Part shown: positions 49,390 through 59,919 of the stretch, piece after piece
Numbering within the stretch: position 1 is the first letter of the stretch
Layout: each line of letters begins with the position of its first letter
Origin: Candidatus Zapsychrus exili
GTDB taxonomy: Bacteria > Omnitrophota > Gorgyraeia > Zapsychrales > Zapsychraceae
Length of the DNA: 64,000 nt
Reading direction: 5' to 3'
Assembly: GCA_030765585.1 (NCBI GenBank)
Contig: JAVCCJ010000075.1
Location: 37,482-101,481, forward strand
Notes under the pieces: generated by a model
Seen by the model: only the letters and a program-made list of their open reading frames with translations
What the model was told of the DNA's origin: nothing
Database searches by the model: none
Made by a program: the position numbers and the translations under genes

Positions 49390-50679
49390 ATGAACTTTAT
49401 AGAAGTAACAGCATATCTAAATTCCTTCATTAATTATGAATCAAGTCTACATAAAATAAAAGCAGAACAGTTTAGCTTAAATGGCATCAAAGCTTTGATG
49501 CATGCCCTAGGGAATCCACAAGATAATTTAAGAATTGTACATGTAGCAGGCACAAAAGGTAAAGGGTCTGTAAGCGCCATGACGGCTTCTATATTAAAAG
49601 AAGCAGGTTATAAGGTTGGCTTGTATACTTCGCCACATTTAAATAATCTTAGAGAGAGGATTAGAATACTTGTTTTAGACAAGAATTCTATATCAGATGT
49701 AGATGATATATTTTTAGATTCAATAACAGAAAATGAATTATTTAATATATTAGAAGAGATCAAGCTAAAAATAGATCAAGTAAGGGCGGCTCAACCTTTA
49801 ACCTTCTTTGAAGTTTTAACTGCCATAAGTCTTTATTATTTTTCTAAAGAAAATGTAGATTTTGTAGTTTTAGAAACGGGATTGGGCGGAAGGCTTGATG
49901 CTACCAATGTTGTTAAGTCAGAGGTTGCGGTAGTTACGCCTATTAGTTTGGAGCATACAAATATTTTAGGTAATAATTTAAAAGAGATAGTTATAGAAAA
50001 AGCAGCTATTATTAAAGACAAGGGACAGAAAGTTGTTTTGTCTCCACAAGAGAAAGAAATAAAAGATATCTTAATTGATAGATGTAATAAATTTAGTATT
50101 AAACCTTTTTGTGTAGATAAAGATAAGGTGGACAATTTAGAAATAAGTTTATTAGGCAAGCATCAAAAAATAAATGCCGCAGTTTCGATAGGAATAATAA
50201 ATGCTTTAATTGAGAACGGATTTGATATTAAAGAAAACGCTATACGTCAAGGTTTGAAGAATTTATTCTGGCCGGGAAGATTTGAAGTTATGAAAAAAGA
50301 TGGGTTTACAATTGTTTTAGATTGTGCACATAATGTTGATTCAATGAAGACAGTAGTGGAAACTATAAAAGAAAACTTTTCTCCCTGCAAGGTCGTAGCT
50401 GTTTTGGGTCTATCTGCTGATAAGGATAGGGTTGGAATTTGCCAGGAATTAAACAACATATCTGATGAAATTATAGCTACGAGATCACAACATCCAAGAG
50501 CTTATAGTTTTAACGTTGATGAGCTAAAAAGCTTGTTTAAGGGTAAGTCGTGTTCTATAATTTACGACATTAAAGATGCTCTCGAAGAGGCGCAAAATAA
50601 AGCAGATCATAAAAGTGTTATTTTAGTAACAGGCTCGTTGTTTGTTGTTAATGAGGCAAGACAATTATGCATAAATTAA
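49390..50679 (+). CDS. folC: Folylpolyglutamate synthase/dihydrofolate synthase
   Basis: 'HVAGTKGKGS', 'TSPHL', 'ETGLGGRLDATN', 'DCAHN' and 'TGSLF' motifs. Confidence 0.95.
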   Translation: MNFIEVTAYLNSFINYESSLHKIKAEQFSLNGIKALMHALGNPQDNLRIVHVAGTKGKGSVSAMTASILKEAGYKVGLYTSPHLNNLRERIRILVLDKNSISDVDDIFLDSITENELFNILEEIKLKIDQVRAAQPLTFFEVLTAISLYYFSKENVDFVVLETGLGGRLDATNVVKSEVAVVTPISLEHTNILGNNLKEIVIEKAAIIKDKGQKVVLSPQEKEIKDILIDRCNKFSIKPFCVDKDKVDNLEISLLGKHQKINAAVSIGIINALIENGFDIKENAIRQGLKNLFWPGRFEVMKKDGFTIVLDCAHNVDSMKTVVETIKENFSPCKVVAVLGLSADKDRVGICQELNNISDEIIATRSQHPRAYSFNVDELKSLFKGKSCSIIYDIKDALEEAQNKADHKSVILVTGSLFVVNEARQLCIN

Positions 50680-52067
50680 AAAACATAGAAGATACTATAG
50701 CTGCTATTTCTACTCCGGCGGGAACAGGCGGAATAGGCATAGTTCGCTTAAGTGGCCCCGAGTCTTTAAATATAGCAGAGAAAATCTTTTTGTCTAAAAC
50801 GGGCAAGAAAGTAGTTCAGTTTAAAAGTTTTTCTGTACATTATGGCTGGGCCATTGATAAAGATAATAATAATGAAATTATTGATGAAGTATTGCTCTCT
50901 GTTATGCGAGCGCCTAAAAGTTACACTACGGAAGATATTGTTGAAATAAGTTGTCACGGCGGCGGAGTTGCCTTACGTTCAATTCTCAAAGCAGTAATCA
51001 ATTTAGGCGCAAGATTAGCTGAGCCAGGAGAATTTACAAAAAGGGCATTTTTAAATGGAAGAATAGATTTAACTCAAGCTGAAGCAGTTTTAGACATAAT
51101 TAATTCAAAAACAGATGCATTCTTGAAAGTAAGCACACATCAATTAAAAGGAGACTTATCTTTAGAATTAGAAAGTATTAGAGAAGAGTTGATGAATATA
51201 TATACAGAAATAGAAGCTTTTGTTAATTTTCCAGAAGATGAAATAGATGTTCAAGGTAAAAAGAATTTAATGCTTGATATTGAATCATCGAAAGCGAGAG
51301 TGGATAGTCTGCTTAGTACGAGCGATCAAGGTAGGATATTAAAGGAAGGTATTAAAATTGTTCTTTGTGGAAGAACCAATATCGGGAAATCTTCTTTGCT
51401 AAATGTTTTATTGAAAACCCCACGTGCTATTGTATCTGATATTGCAGGCACGACGAGAGATACTATAGAAGAAACTACTCAGATAAATGATATTCCTTTT
51501 CAGATTATTGATACTGCGGGGATATTAACTCCAAATAACACAATAGAACAAGAGGCAATTAAAAGAAGTCATGATTCGATTGAAAGCTCTGATTTAGTTA
51601 TTCTAATTTTGGATTCAAGTTTCCCATTATCTAGAGAAGATGAAGATATAATAGAAAATGTTAAAGATAAGAACGTTCTGGTTGTTCTTAATAAATCTGA
51701 TTTAGAGAACAATTTAGATGAAAAAAGAATTAGAGAAACATTTTTAAATAAAAATATTCTAAAAATCTCCGCACTTAATAAAATTGGTATTGATGGGCTA
51801 AAAGAAGCTATTGTTAATTTTGTGCTCCATGGAGAAACCATTAAGACAGATGGTATATTCATTAGTAATTTAAGGCATATTCAGTCGCTTCAAAATGGGC
51901 AGAAAGCCTTAATGTTAGCAGGTAAGAATTTAAATAGGGAGATGTCTTTAGAGTTTGTTTCTGAAAGCATAAAGGAAGCAATTAATTTCTTAGACGAAAT
52001 AACAGGTCGTAATGCTAATCAAGATCTTCTTGATAAAATCTTTTCTCAATTTTGTATAGGTAAGTAA
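50667..52067 (+). CDS. mnmE: tRNA modification GTPase MnmE
   Basis: 'DTIAAIST', 'AEPGEFTKRAFLNG', 'GTTRD', 'DTAG' and C-terminal 'FCIGK' motifs. Confidence 0.97.
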   Translation: MHKLKNIEDTIAAISTPAGTGGIGIVRLSGPESLNIAEKIFLSKTGKKVVQFKSFSVHYGWAIDKDNNNEIIDEVLLSVMRAPKSYTTEDIVEISCHGGGVALRSILKAVINLGARLAEPGEFTKRAFLNGRIDLTQAEAVLDIINSKTDAFLKVSTHQLKGDLSLELESIREELMNIYTEIEAFVNFPEDEIDVQGKKNLMLDIESSKARVDSLLSTSDQGRILKEGIKIVLCGRTNIGKSSLLNVLLKTPRAIVSDIAGTTRDTIEETTQINDIPFQIIDTAGILTPNNTIEQEAIKRSHDSIESSDLVILILDSSFPLSREDEDIIENVKDKNVLVVLNKSDLENNLDEKRIRETFLNKNILKISALNKIGIDGLKEAIVNFVLHGETIKTDGIFISNLRHIQSLQNGQKALMLAGKNLNREMSLEFVSESIKEAINFLDEITGRNANQDLLDKIFSQFCIGK

Positions 52068-52819
52068 CCCTGCTGCAATAAATTTTCAGAGCTTTTGTTC
52101 ATTTCTTCAGCTTGTTTTAGAACTTCTTTATTTGCATTTATCAAATCTTTTAAAAATTCTTGATCTGAGAATAAGGTTTGCATTTTTGGATCAGTCATTA
52201 GGCCTACAATATTCCCATCTTGCAGTTTTTCTTTGATGACTTCATCTGTAACAAAACTTTCAAAATCTTTATGAGACATTAATTTCTTAAATTTCTCAGA
52301 AGATCTTATGTTGCTTACCACTCCTTTGTTACTGATGAGGGCGGTAGTTTTTGCCATAATATCTTTAGAAGTAGGGATTTTGTATCCAGTTAACTTATTT
52401 GCTGTTTTATATGTTTTAGATTTGGATATATCAGTTTGAATTCTTTCAAGCCATTCATGTTTAGGTGGTACGATGGATATTATAATAATTAAAATGGCAA
52501 GTATGGTACCTTTCCAAAGTAAGCAAAATAAACTTCCTAGTGCTTTGCTTAAGATTGAATATTTCTCTTTAGTTCCGCTCGCTTTATTTAAAACTTTTCG
52601 TAAAAGATAAAAAGATATTTTAATAATAAAGGGTCCTATCATTGGGATAAGCGCAGCTTTAAACATATCTTTGCAAATACTGTAATATAAGAGGCCTATT
52701 AAGGAGCACACTATTAAGGAAATGGGCCCTAAGGCAGAGTTTAAAAATCCTTGTTTCCATCCTCTGTAAAGCAGGTAAATACCCGCTAAAATAACAATAT
52801 AATCTGTTATTGAGTTCAT
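52046..52819 (-). CDS. CvpA (colicin V production) family membrane protein
   Basis: 'DYIVI......YRGWKQGFL' N-terminus, 4 TM helices and a soluble C-terminal tail. Confidence 0.75.
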   Translation of the reverse strand: MNSITDYIVILAGIYLLYRGWKQGFLNSALGPISLIVCSLIGLLYYSICKDMFKAALIPMIGPFIIKISFYLLRKVLNKASGTKEKYSILSKALGSLFCLLWKGTILAILIIIISIVPPKHEWLERIQTDISKSKTYKTANKLTGYKIPTSKDIMAKTTALISNKGVVSNIRSSEKFKKLMSHKDFESFVTDEVIKEKLQDGNIVGLMTDPKMQTLFSDQEFLKDLINANKEVLKQAEEMNKSSENLLQQGYLPIQN

Positions 52820-53009
52820 TTATTCTCTTTTTTTGTAGGTTAACTATTACGTATAATAGTATAGCATTGTTAATATTTTATTCAATAGAGGGCTTCATTA
52901 ATGTGTAAGTTTTAAAAAAGTTCAAAACTTGCACTTTATTCTAAAAATAGTTTAAAATAATCGCTTATAAATTTGCATTTTGTTCTTTTATGTATTATAT
53001 TTAAGGTGA

Positions 53010-53086
53010 AGTAAACGCTTCCTTTTTAAGAAAGAAGGCATTTACTAATTCCAGCCACGAAAGTTATAGTTCTTAATTCCAGCCAC
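53010..53086 (+). repeat. Hairpin followed by two exact 13-bp direct repeats (TAATTCCAGCCAC)
   Basis: Hairpin AGTAAACGCTTCCTTT...AAAGAAGGCATTTACT (53010-46); repeats at 53046-58 and 53074-86. Confidence 0.65.
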
Positions 53087-53206
53087 AGGTAGTTTTGTTA
53101 GAATTTTAGCTTAATAAAAAATAAATTTCTTGATAATCAGTGATTTAGGCATTAAAATAAAAATATATTTGTTGCAGAGCGTTGATAATAAATAACTTAT
53201 AAAGAT

Positions 53207-53530
53207 ATGATTGATCAAACAAACAAAAGAAAACATGAAAGACTAAGCTGCGTTGTCCCCATTGAGGCAAGAGCAGACAGTTTCTTTAGAAATGTTAAGA
53301 CCACTGACCTTAGCAAGGGTGGAGTAGGCCTAGTTTCTGAATTTGAAGTCTCTATTGGACAAGAAATTGCCATAGAAATACAATTAGGGAAAAGCTCAGA
53401 CTCAGTACTTGCAATAGGAAAGGTTCAATGGGTTGAACTGAATTCTAATCAGCTTAATTATAGAATAGGTATGCATTTTAAGGAAGTTTTACAAGGATCA
53501 AAAAGTAGGTTAAATAAGTTCTTTTCTTAA
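53207..53530 (+). CDS. Stand-alone PilZ domain protein
   Basis: RxxxR (RKHER) and DxSxxG (DLSKGG) motifs; 'YRIGMHF'. Confidence 0.88.
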   Translation: MIDQTNKRKHERLSCVVPIEARADSFFRNVKTTDLSKGGVGLVSEFEVSIGQEIAIEIQLGKSSDSVLAIGKVQWVELNSNQLNYRIGMHFKEVLQGSKSRLNKFFS

Positions 53531-53544
53531 ATAGAGGAAATAAT

Positions 53545-53877
53545 ATGCTTTTAGAAGAACAGGGTATAGACGGTAGACTTTTTGAAAGATTTCAAGCCAG
53601 GTTTCCTGCAAGATTTAAAGATACTCGCAGCGATTTTGGAGATAATGTAAGATTGCGTGATGCGTCAGCTCAAGGAGCGAAATTAACTACGAAAGATCGT
53701 CTTTATCTGCATGATAGTGTGTCTGTAGAGGTTAAACTTCCTGATGGACAAGATCCTTTAGTTATGAGAGGTAAGGTTGTTTGGTCTAAAAACAATGATC
53801 CTGACAATTGGGATATAGGTATAAGATTCCATAAAGTTAGCCTTATGAACATGTCTCGTCTTTTTAAATTTGTTTAA
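53545..53877 (+). CDS. Stand-alone PilZ domain protein
   Basis: RxxxR (RLFER) and DxSxxG (DASAQG) motifs; 'GKVVW' and 'IGIRF'. Confidence 0.85.
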   Translation: MLLEEQGIDGRLFERFQARFPARFKDTRSDFGDNVRLRDASAQGAKLTTKDRLYLHDSVSVEVKLPDGQDPLVMRGKVVWSKNNDPDNWDIGIRFHKVSLMNMSRLFKFV

Positions 53878-53990
53878 TCTTCATCCCACCTTTGTTAAAA
53901 TACTTAATTATTCATATAATTTATTATACTTGTCTAAAAAAGACTATCGTATTAGAATGTATTTCCTAAAATAAACATAAGAGGATAGCT

Positions 53991-56696
53991 ATGGAATTTG
54001 ATTATTCGTATTTAGAAGACAGAATAAGCTTTAAATCTGACAATGCAAAGAGCTTAAGAACGATTTATTTCCCTTTATCTGGCATAGATGAAAAAGGTAT
54101 AAAATCTTCTATAACACCTTATTTATCAGGTGATATTAAAATAGATAAAAATTGCTATCTCACCAAACCAGTATCAACTGAAGACCTACGTTGTTCCCTA
54201 CGTAATTTCTTTTTATATTTAGAAGACAAACAAGTTCTATCAATAGCAAATGAAGAAGATTCTGAGTGTGAGTCTACTTTTCTTGAAGCTGGACAACTTT
54301 GGCAAGGTCTAACTAAACAATGCAAAAAAGGAATTGAGCTTAAAGCTTTGAATTTTGTTCCTGTTACAGGGCAAAATGTTGAGCTTATGAAAATAACAGT
54401 GCGAAATACTTCTAAAGATAATATTAAGTTTGTTCCAACAGCGGCCGTTCCAATATTTGCTAGATGTTTATCAAATAAGCATGATCATGAGCATGTTAGC
54501 TCTTTGTTAAATAGAATCAAACAGACGCCCGAGGGTGTTGTGGTTAAGCCTTCTATGGTATTTAACGAGGAGGGTCATAGAGAGAATAATACTATTTATT
54601 ATGTGGTAGGCGTAGATGATACTAGTAAATTACCAGAAGGAACATTTCCTACAGTAAATAGTTTTTTGGCAGATAACACAACGTTTTTAAATCCAGAAGC
54701 TGTTGTTAAGAATATAACTCCAGAGGTTTTAACTAATGTCCAACTGCAAGGAAAAGAGGCTGTTGGCGCTTTACGTTTTAATTTAATTGAATTGAAGCCT
54801 GAAGAGTCAAAAGAATATTTTATTTTGATGGGCGTAGCTCAAAATGAGAAAGAAATTAAGGAAGTATTTAATAGTTTTAATTCAAAAGAAAAATTTGATA
54901 AAGCTTTGTCAGAAAATAAAAAGCATTGGAAAGATATAACAGGTGCAATAACATTTTCTACAAAGGATGAAGATTTCAACTCTTGGATGAGGTGGGTGAC
55001 GTTACAGCCGATTCTTAGAAGGATTTTTGGATGTTCTTTTTTACCTGACCATGATTATGGAAAAGGAGGAAAAGGCTGGAGAGACATTTGGCAAGATCTG
55101 CTTTCTTTGATTTTAATTGAGCCTGATCAAGTAAGAGATACTCTTGTAAATAATTTTGCAGGTGTAAGAATTGATGGTTCAAATGCAACTATAATAGGAT
55201 CTAAGCCAGGTGAATTTATCGCCGATAGAAATGCTATATCTAGAGTTTGGATGGATCATGGAGTATGGCCTTTTACAGCGCTTCTTCTTTATATAAATCA
55301 AACGGGTGATTTTGATATTCTTTTTGAGAATCAAGCTTACTTTAAAGATCTTCAGTTATCTCGTTGTTCGGGAAAAGATATTTCTTGGAATTTAGCGCAA
55401 GGCAATCAATTAAAGAACGAGAAAGACAATGTTTATAAGGGCTCTTTGATAGAACATGTTTTAGTTCAACATTTAGTCCAGTTTTTTAATGTAGGGGAGC
55501 ACAATATTACAAAGTTAGAGAATGCTGATTGGAATGATGGTTTAGATATGGCAGCTAAACGTGGTGAAAGCGTTGCTTTTATGAGTTTTTATGGCGGCAA
55601 TATGCTTGCACTTGCTGATCTTTTAGAAAAAATAGCTAAAGAAAAAAATATATCAGAAATACCTGTCCTAGAGGAACTTTCAACTCTTTTAGATTCTGTT
55701 TCAAAAGATAGCGTTGACTATTCGAGCGTAAAACAGAAGCAAGATTTTTTATATGAGAAATATTTTAAATCTGTACAGCCTAAAGTAAATGGTAAACAGG
55801 TAATGCTTAAAATACAAGACATTGTGATTGATTTGCGTAAAAAGGGTCAATGGATTTTTGATTATATTAGAAATAATGAGAAAATTAAGTCCGGTGGTAA
55901 CTTATGGTTTAATGGATATTATGATAATGAAGGCAAAAAAGTTGAAGGAGATATTAAAGGCAAGACTAGAATGACTTTGACGGGGCAGGTTTTCCCTGTT
56001 ATGAGCGGTCTAGCAACAGAGGATGAAATAAAAAGTATTGTTGAATCAGTAGAAGAGCATTTGATTGATAAGGATTTAGGAGGAGTAAGGCTAAATACTG
56101 ATTTTGGAATAGATAATTATTTAAGTCTTGGTCGTGCGTTCGGATTTGCTTATGGTACAAAAGAAAATGGAGCGTTCTTTAGTCATATGACAGTTATGTA
56201 TGCTTATGCTTTATACTCTCGAGGTTTTGCTAGGGAAGGTTATAAAATATTGCAATCTATATATAAAATGGCAGCTGATACTAAAAAATCAAAGATTTAT
56301 CCTGGAATACCGGAGTATTTTGATTCAGAGGGAAAGGCTATGTATCATTATTTAACAGGTTCAGCAAGTTGGCTTGTTTTGACAGAGCTTACTCAAAGTT
56401 TTGGTATAAGGGCAGATGCTGGAGATCTTGTTTTTGATCCTAAGCTTGTAAAAGAAGAGTTTAATAGCGATGGAACTGCTTCAGCCACTTGTAATATGTT
56501 TGGTAAGGCGCTAACGGTTGTTTATGAAAATAAAGATTTATTAGATTATGGCTTCTATGAGGTTAAAGATATTGTTCTAAATGACACTAAGTTTGATGTT
56601 AATGTAAACTCTGATAATTTGAATAAAGTTATAAAAGAAAAGATTATTAAATTGTCTTCACCATTAAAATTTCGCATAATTCTTGGTAAAAAATAG
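53991..56696 (+). CDS. GH94 glycoside phosphorylase (laminaribiose-phosphorylase-like)
   Basis: 'SFLPDHDYGKGGKGWRDIWQD', 'ADWNDGL', 'KENGAFFSH' and 'YLTGSASW' motifs; 901 aa. Confidence 0.85.
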   Translation: MEFDYSYLEDRISFKSDNAKSLRTIYFPLSGIDEKGIKSSITPYLSGDIKIDKNCYLTKPVSTEDLRCSLRNFFLYLEDKQVLSIANEEDSECESTFLEAGQLWQGLTKQCKKGIELKALNFVPVTGQNVELMKITVRNTSKDNIKFVPTAAVPIFARCLSNKHDHEHVSSLLNRIKQTPEGVVVKPSMVFNEEGHRENNTIYYVVGVDDTSKLPEGTFPTVNSFLADNTTFLNPEAVVKNITPEVLTNVQLQGKEAVGALRFNLIELKPEESKEYFILMGVAQNEKEIKEVFNSFNSKEKFDKALSENKKHWKDITGAITFSTKDEDFNSWMRWVTLQPILRRIFGCSFLPDHDYGKGGKGWRDIWQDLLSLILIEPDQVRDTLVNNFAGVRIDGSNATIIGSKPGEFIADRNAISRVWMDHGVWPFTALLLYINQTGDFDILFENQAYFKDLQLSRCSGKDISWNLAQGNQLKNEKDNVYKGSLIEHVLVQHLVQFFNVGEHNITKLENADWNDGLDMAAKRGESVAFMSFYGGNMLALADLLEKIAKEKNISEIPVLEELSTLLDSVSKDSVDYSSVKQKQDFLYEKYFKSVQPKVNGKQVMLKIQDIVIDLRKKGQWIFDYIRNNEKIKSGGNLWFNGYYDNEGKKVEGDIKGKTRMTLTGQVFPVMSGLATEDEIKSIVESVEEHLIDKDLGGVRLNTDFGIDNYLSLGRAFGFAYGTKENGAFFSHMTVMYAYALYSRGFAREGYKILQSIYKMAADTKKSKIYPGIPEYFDSEGKAMYHYLTGSASWLVLTELTQSFGIRADAGDLVFDPKLVKEEFNSDGTASATCNMFGKALTVVYENKDLLDYGFYEVKDIVLNDTKFDVNVNSDNLNKVIKEKIIKLSSPLKFRIILGKK

Positions 56697-56742
56697 GAAT
56701 TTTAATGGTATATCCTGCTTAAACTAAACTTAAAATTCTATT

Positions 56743-56771
56743 TTGACAATTATATTCCCTAATGATATACT
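56743..56771 (+). promoter_or_regulatory. Sigma70-type promoter of the sugar ABC operon
   Basis: TTGACA, 17-bp spacer, TGn-TATACT. Confidence 0.7.
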
Positions 56772-56823
56772 CATTGCTCTATACTTAATATCGTATAATA
56801 ATTATATGTTTTTAGGAGGTTAA

Positions 56824-58119
56824 ATGAAGCGAGTATTAAGCTTGTTTTTATGCTGTTTTTTAATTCTTTCAATAGGATGTGGAAAGAAAAAGAAAGATTC
56901 AAATACAATTACAATATGGCATTGGATGACAGATCGCCATAAGACTTTTGAGAGCCTTGCACAGAAATATGAAGAACAAACAGGAATAAAAGTTCAAATA
57001 GATTTATACGCCCCATCAGATGTATTTACCCACAAAATTATAGCTTCCGCCCAAGCAAGAGTACTTCCAGATATTTATGGAATTTTGGATAAAAAGAAAG
57101 TTTTTGCTTCTTTTATCGAGAACGGATTTGTTGCTGATTTAACAGAAGAATTTAAGAAAAATGATTCAGAATGGGAAAAGGCTATATTTCCAAAAGCATT
57201 AGATGTAAATCGTTTTAAAGAAGGAAATATATATAATATAAGACCAGGCATCTATGGAGAGCCTTTAGATGTTACTAATATTCAAATGCTTTATAATAGA
57301 AAGCTCCTTGAAAAGATAGGAGTTAAAACTCCTCCTGTGACATTTGAAGATTTTATCAATATAGCAGAATCTTTAAAGAGAATAGGTATATCAAGTTTAG
57401 TTTCTGGATGGGGTGAATTGTGGATGATAGAATGCTTTGCTTCTAATTACGCGTTTAATATTATGGGTGAGAAGAAAGTTATGGATACATTTAAAGGAGA
57501 AGTACCTTATACAGATCCTGATTGGATAAAGGTTTTTAGTATATTTAAAGATTTAGCTGATAGAGGTATTTTAGTAGAAGGCGTTGTTACTAAACCAAAT
57601 AAATTTGCTGAACAAGATTTCGCTCTTGAGCGTGCAGCATTTGCATTTAATGGATCGTGGTGTGTAAATGTTTATAATGATATGAATCCTGATCTTGAAT
57701 ATGGCGCTATGTTGCCGCCGTCAATTAATCCTAAATTGCCTATGAGAATATGGGGCGGAGCAGGGTCTTCTTTTGTTGTTAATCAAGATTCAACAAATAA
57801 GGACAAAGCTATCGCTTTCTTAAAATGGATAACAAACAAAGAGCAACAATCTTATTTGGCAAAAGAAACAAAAAATCTTCCTTCAAATCGTCAGGCCTTA
57901 TCTGATATACCTAAGATATTGTCTGAATTTGCAAGAGTCATGGATTACACGACTTATCCTTCTATTTGGGAATATAATGAAGCAGCATTGGTTTCAGAGA
58001 AATTTAACAGAGGTATTCAGTCTATCATTATAGGTGAGAAAACACCTCAAGAAGTAGCAGAAGAAGTGCAGGCGGTTAAACAAAAAGAATTGGAAAAAGC
58101 TAAGAGAAAAAGAAAATAA
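56824..58119 (+). CDS. Carbohydrate ABC transporter substrate-binding lipoprotein
   Basis: Lipobox SIGC; 'ITIWHW', 'YNRKLLEK.G' and 'AAFAFNGSW' motifs. Confidence 0.9.
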   Translation: MKRVLSLFLCCFLILSIGCGKKKKDSNTITIWHWMTDRHKTFESLAQKYEEQTGIKVQIDLYAPSDVFTHKIIASAQARVLPDIYGILDKKKVFASFIENGFVADLTEEFKKNDSEWEKAIFPKALDVNRFKEGNIYNIRPGIYGEPLDVTNIQMLYNRKLLEKIGVKTPPVTFEDFINIAESLKRIGISSLVSGWGELWMIECFASNYAFNIMGEKKVMDTFKGEVPYTDPDWIKVFSIFKDLADRGILVEGVVTKPNKFAEQDFALERAAFAFNGSWCVNVYNDMNPDLEYGAMLPPSINPKLPMRIWGGAGSSFVVNQDSTNKDKAIAFLKWITNKEQQSYLAKETKNLPSNRQALSDIPKILSEFARVMDYTTYPSIWEYNEAALVSEKFNRGIQSIIIGEKTPQEVAEEVQAVKQKELEKAKRKRK

Positions 58120-59043
58120 ATGCCAGCAATACGCAAAAATAATTTATTAGCTAAAGCAATAGATAATTCTGTTAATTTTTCTTTTGTTCTACCAGCTATT
58201 GCTATATTTTCAATTTTTTATATTTATCCTTTTTATGATATTTTTAATTTATCGCTTCATGAATGGAACGGTATTAGCTCTTATAGGGAATTTGTTGGTT
58301 TAGCTAATTTTAAAGAATTGATGGTAGACAAAATTTGGTGGAAGTCAATTTGGCATGCTGGTTTTATAACTATAATAGCTTTAACTTTTCAAAATATGCT
58401 TGCATTTTCATTAGCTCTTGTTTGTGATAGACAAATTCGTTTAAAGAAATTTTATAGGACAGTGTTTTTTATTCCACCTGTTTTATCTGAGATAGTTGTT
58501 GGTTTAATTTGGCAGTGGATTCTTTATGCAGGAACTCAATCAGGAGAGCATATAGGTCTTCTTAATTATGTTCTTGTTAAAAGCGGATTACCGCATTTGG
58601 TTAATAATTGGTTATCTAATCCAAAAACAGCCTTAACATGCATAGCCCTTGTTCATTGTTGGAAAGGTTTTGGCTGGGGATTTATCATTCTGCTTGCAGG
58701 TTTGCAGACAATTGATAGTCAGTTGTATGAAGCTGCACGTGTAGATGGTGCTGGAAGCTGGAAGACATTTAGGCATGTGACTCTTCCTATGATGATGCCT
58801 GTGATTCTAGTTGTTATTATTCTAACAGTGCTCGGTTCTATGCAGGTGTTTATCTTGATAATATCTATGGTAGGACAAGGACTTGGATACCATACAGAAG
58901 TTCCTGTCACGAGAATACTTTCATCTATGATGGGGACAGGTAGATATGGTTATGCATGTGCGATGGGAGTTAGCTTTGGAGCGATATTGATTACTATCTC
59001 AGCAGCGTTTAAATATTTATCTAATAAAACAAAACAAGTTTAA
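58120..59043 (+). CDS. Carbohydrate ABC transporter permease (MalF-like)
   Basis: 'FVGLANF' and the EAA loop 'LAGLQTIDSQLYEAARVDGA'. Confidence 0.92.
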   Translation: MPAIRKNNLLAKAIDNSVNFSFVLPAIAIFSIFYIYPFYDIFNLSLHEWNGISSYREFVGLANFKELMVDKIWWKSIWHAGFITIIALTFQNMLAFSLALVCDRQIRLKKFYRTVFFIPPVLSEIVVGLIWQWILYAGTQSGEHIGLLNYVLVKSGLPHLVNNWLSNPKTALTCIALVHCWKGFGWGFIILLAGLQTIDSQLYEAARVDGAGSWKTFRHVTLPMMMPVILVVIILTVLGSMQVFILIISMVGQGLGYHTEVPVTRILSSMMGTGRYGYACAMGVSFGAILITISAAFKYLSNKTKQV

Positions 59044-59047
59044 ATTT

Positions 59048-59890
59048 ATGATAAACAAATATACAATTAAGAAATTCTTTATATCTATAATTACTCATAT
59101 TTTTTTAATGACTGTTGCGATGTCGTGCTTGTTTCCGCTTTTTTGGATGTTACGTTGTGCATTAATGACCAATGAAACTGTATTTGTTGATAAATCGATT
59201 ATTCCAAGCCAGATGAATTTTGGAAATTTTATTACTGCTTGGGTAGAAGGTGGTTTTGGAATATATTTCTTAAATAGTATTATTTATACAGCATCGGTTG
59301 TTTTTGGCATTGTTATAATTGCTTCATTAGCTGGTTACGCATTTTCTCGACTGAGATTCCCAGGAAAGAACCTATTTTTCTATATGTTTATTGCGGCCCT
59401 AATGATACCTTTGCCGGGAAGCTTTGTTCCCTTAGTAGTGCTTATGAACAAACTAGGCTGGGCAAATACTAGATATGGTTATATACTTTGTATGATAAAT
59501 GTAGGTTTATCTATGAGCATATTATTGTTTAAGACATTTTTTGATAAAATGTCTCCCGACTTAGAAGATGCTGCAAGAATCGATGGATGTGGCAGGTTAG
59601 GTATTTGGTGGCACGTAGCGCTTCCTTTAGCAAGGCCTGCAATTGCGGTTGTTGTTATTTTTAATTCTTTAAATGTATGGAATGAATATATTTTGGCGAA
59701 TCTTTTACTGAATGATAAATCTCTTATGCCTTTGCAAAGAGGATTAATGGTATTTCAAGGTTCGCATAGTGTAGATTATCCATTGTTGATGTCTGGTTTA
59801 GCTATTGCGGTAGTTCCGATTGTAGTAGTTTATTTAGTTATGCAAAAGCATATTATAAAAGGACTTTCGTCGGGCATTACTGTTGGATAA
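59048..59890 (+). CDS. Carbohydrate ABC transporter permease (MalG-like)
   Basis: 'AGYAFSRLRFPG', 'LEDAARIDG' and 'WNEY' motifs. Confidence 0.92.
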   Translation: MINKYTIKKFFISIITHIFLMTVAMSCLFPLFWMLRCALMTNETVFVDKSIIPSQMNFGNFITAWVEGGFGIYFLNSIIYTASVVFGIVIIASLAGYAFSRLRFPGKNLFFYMFIAALMIPLPGSFVPLVVLMNKLGWANTRYGYILCMINVGLSMSILLFKTFFDKMSPDLEDAARIDGCGRLGIWWHVALPLARPAIAVVVIFNSLNVWNEYILANLLLNDKSLMPLQRGLMVFQGSHSVDYPLLMSGLAIAVVPIVVVYLVMQKHIIKGLSSGITVG

Positions 59891-59919
59891 TTTTTGTATT
59901 AATTAAAAAGAGTAAAATT

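Noticed and set aside
52046-52067. 22-nt convergent overlap of mnmE and the CvpA-family gene
   Set aside because: Short tail-to-tail overlaps are common in compact genomes.
53046-53086. CRISPR array
   Set aside because: There are only two 13-bp repeats with a 15-nt spacer and no cas genes.
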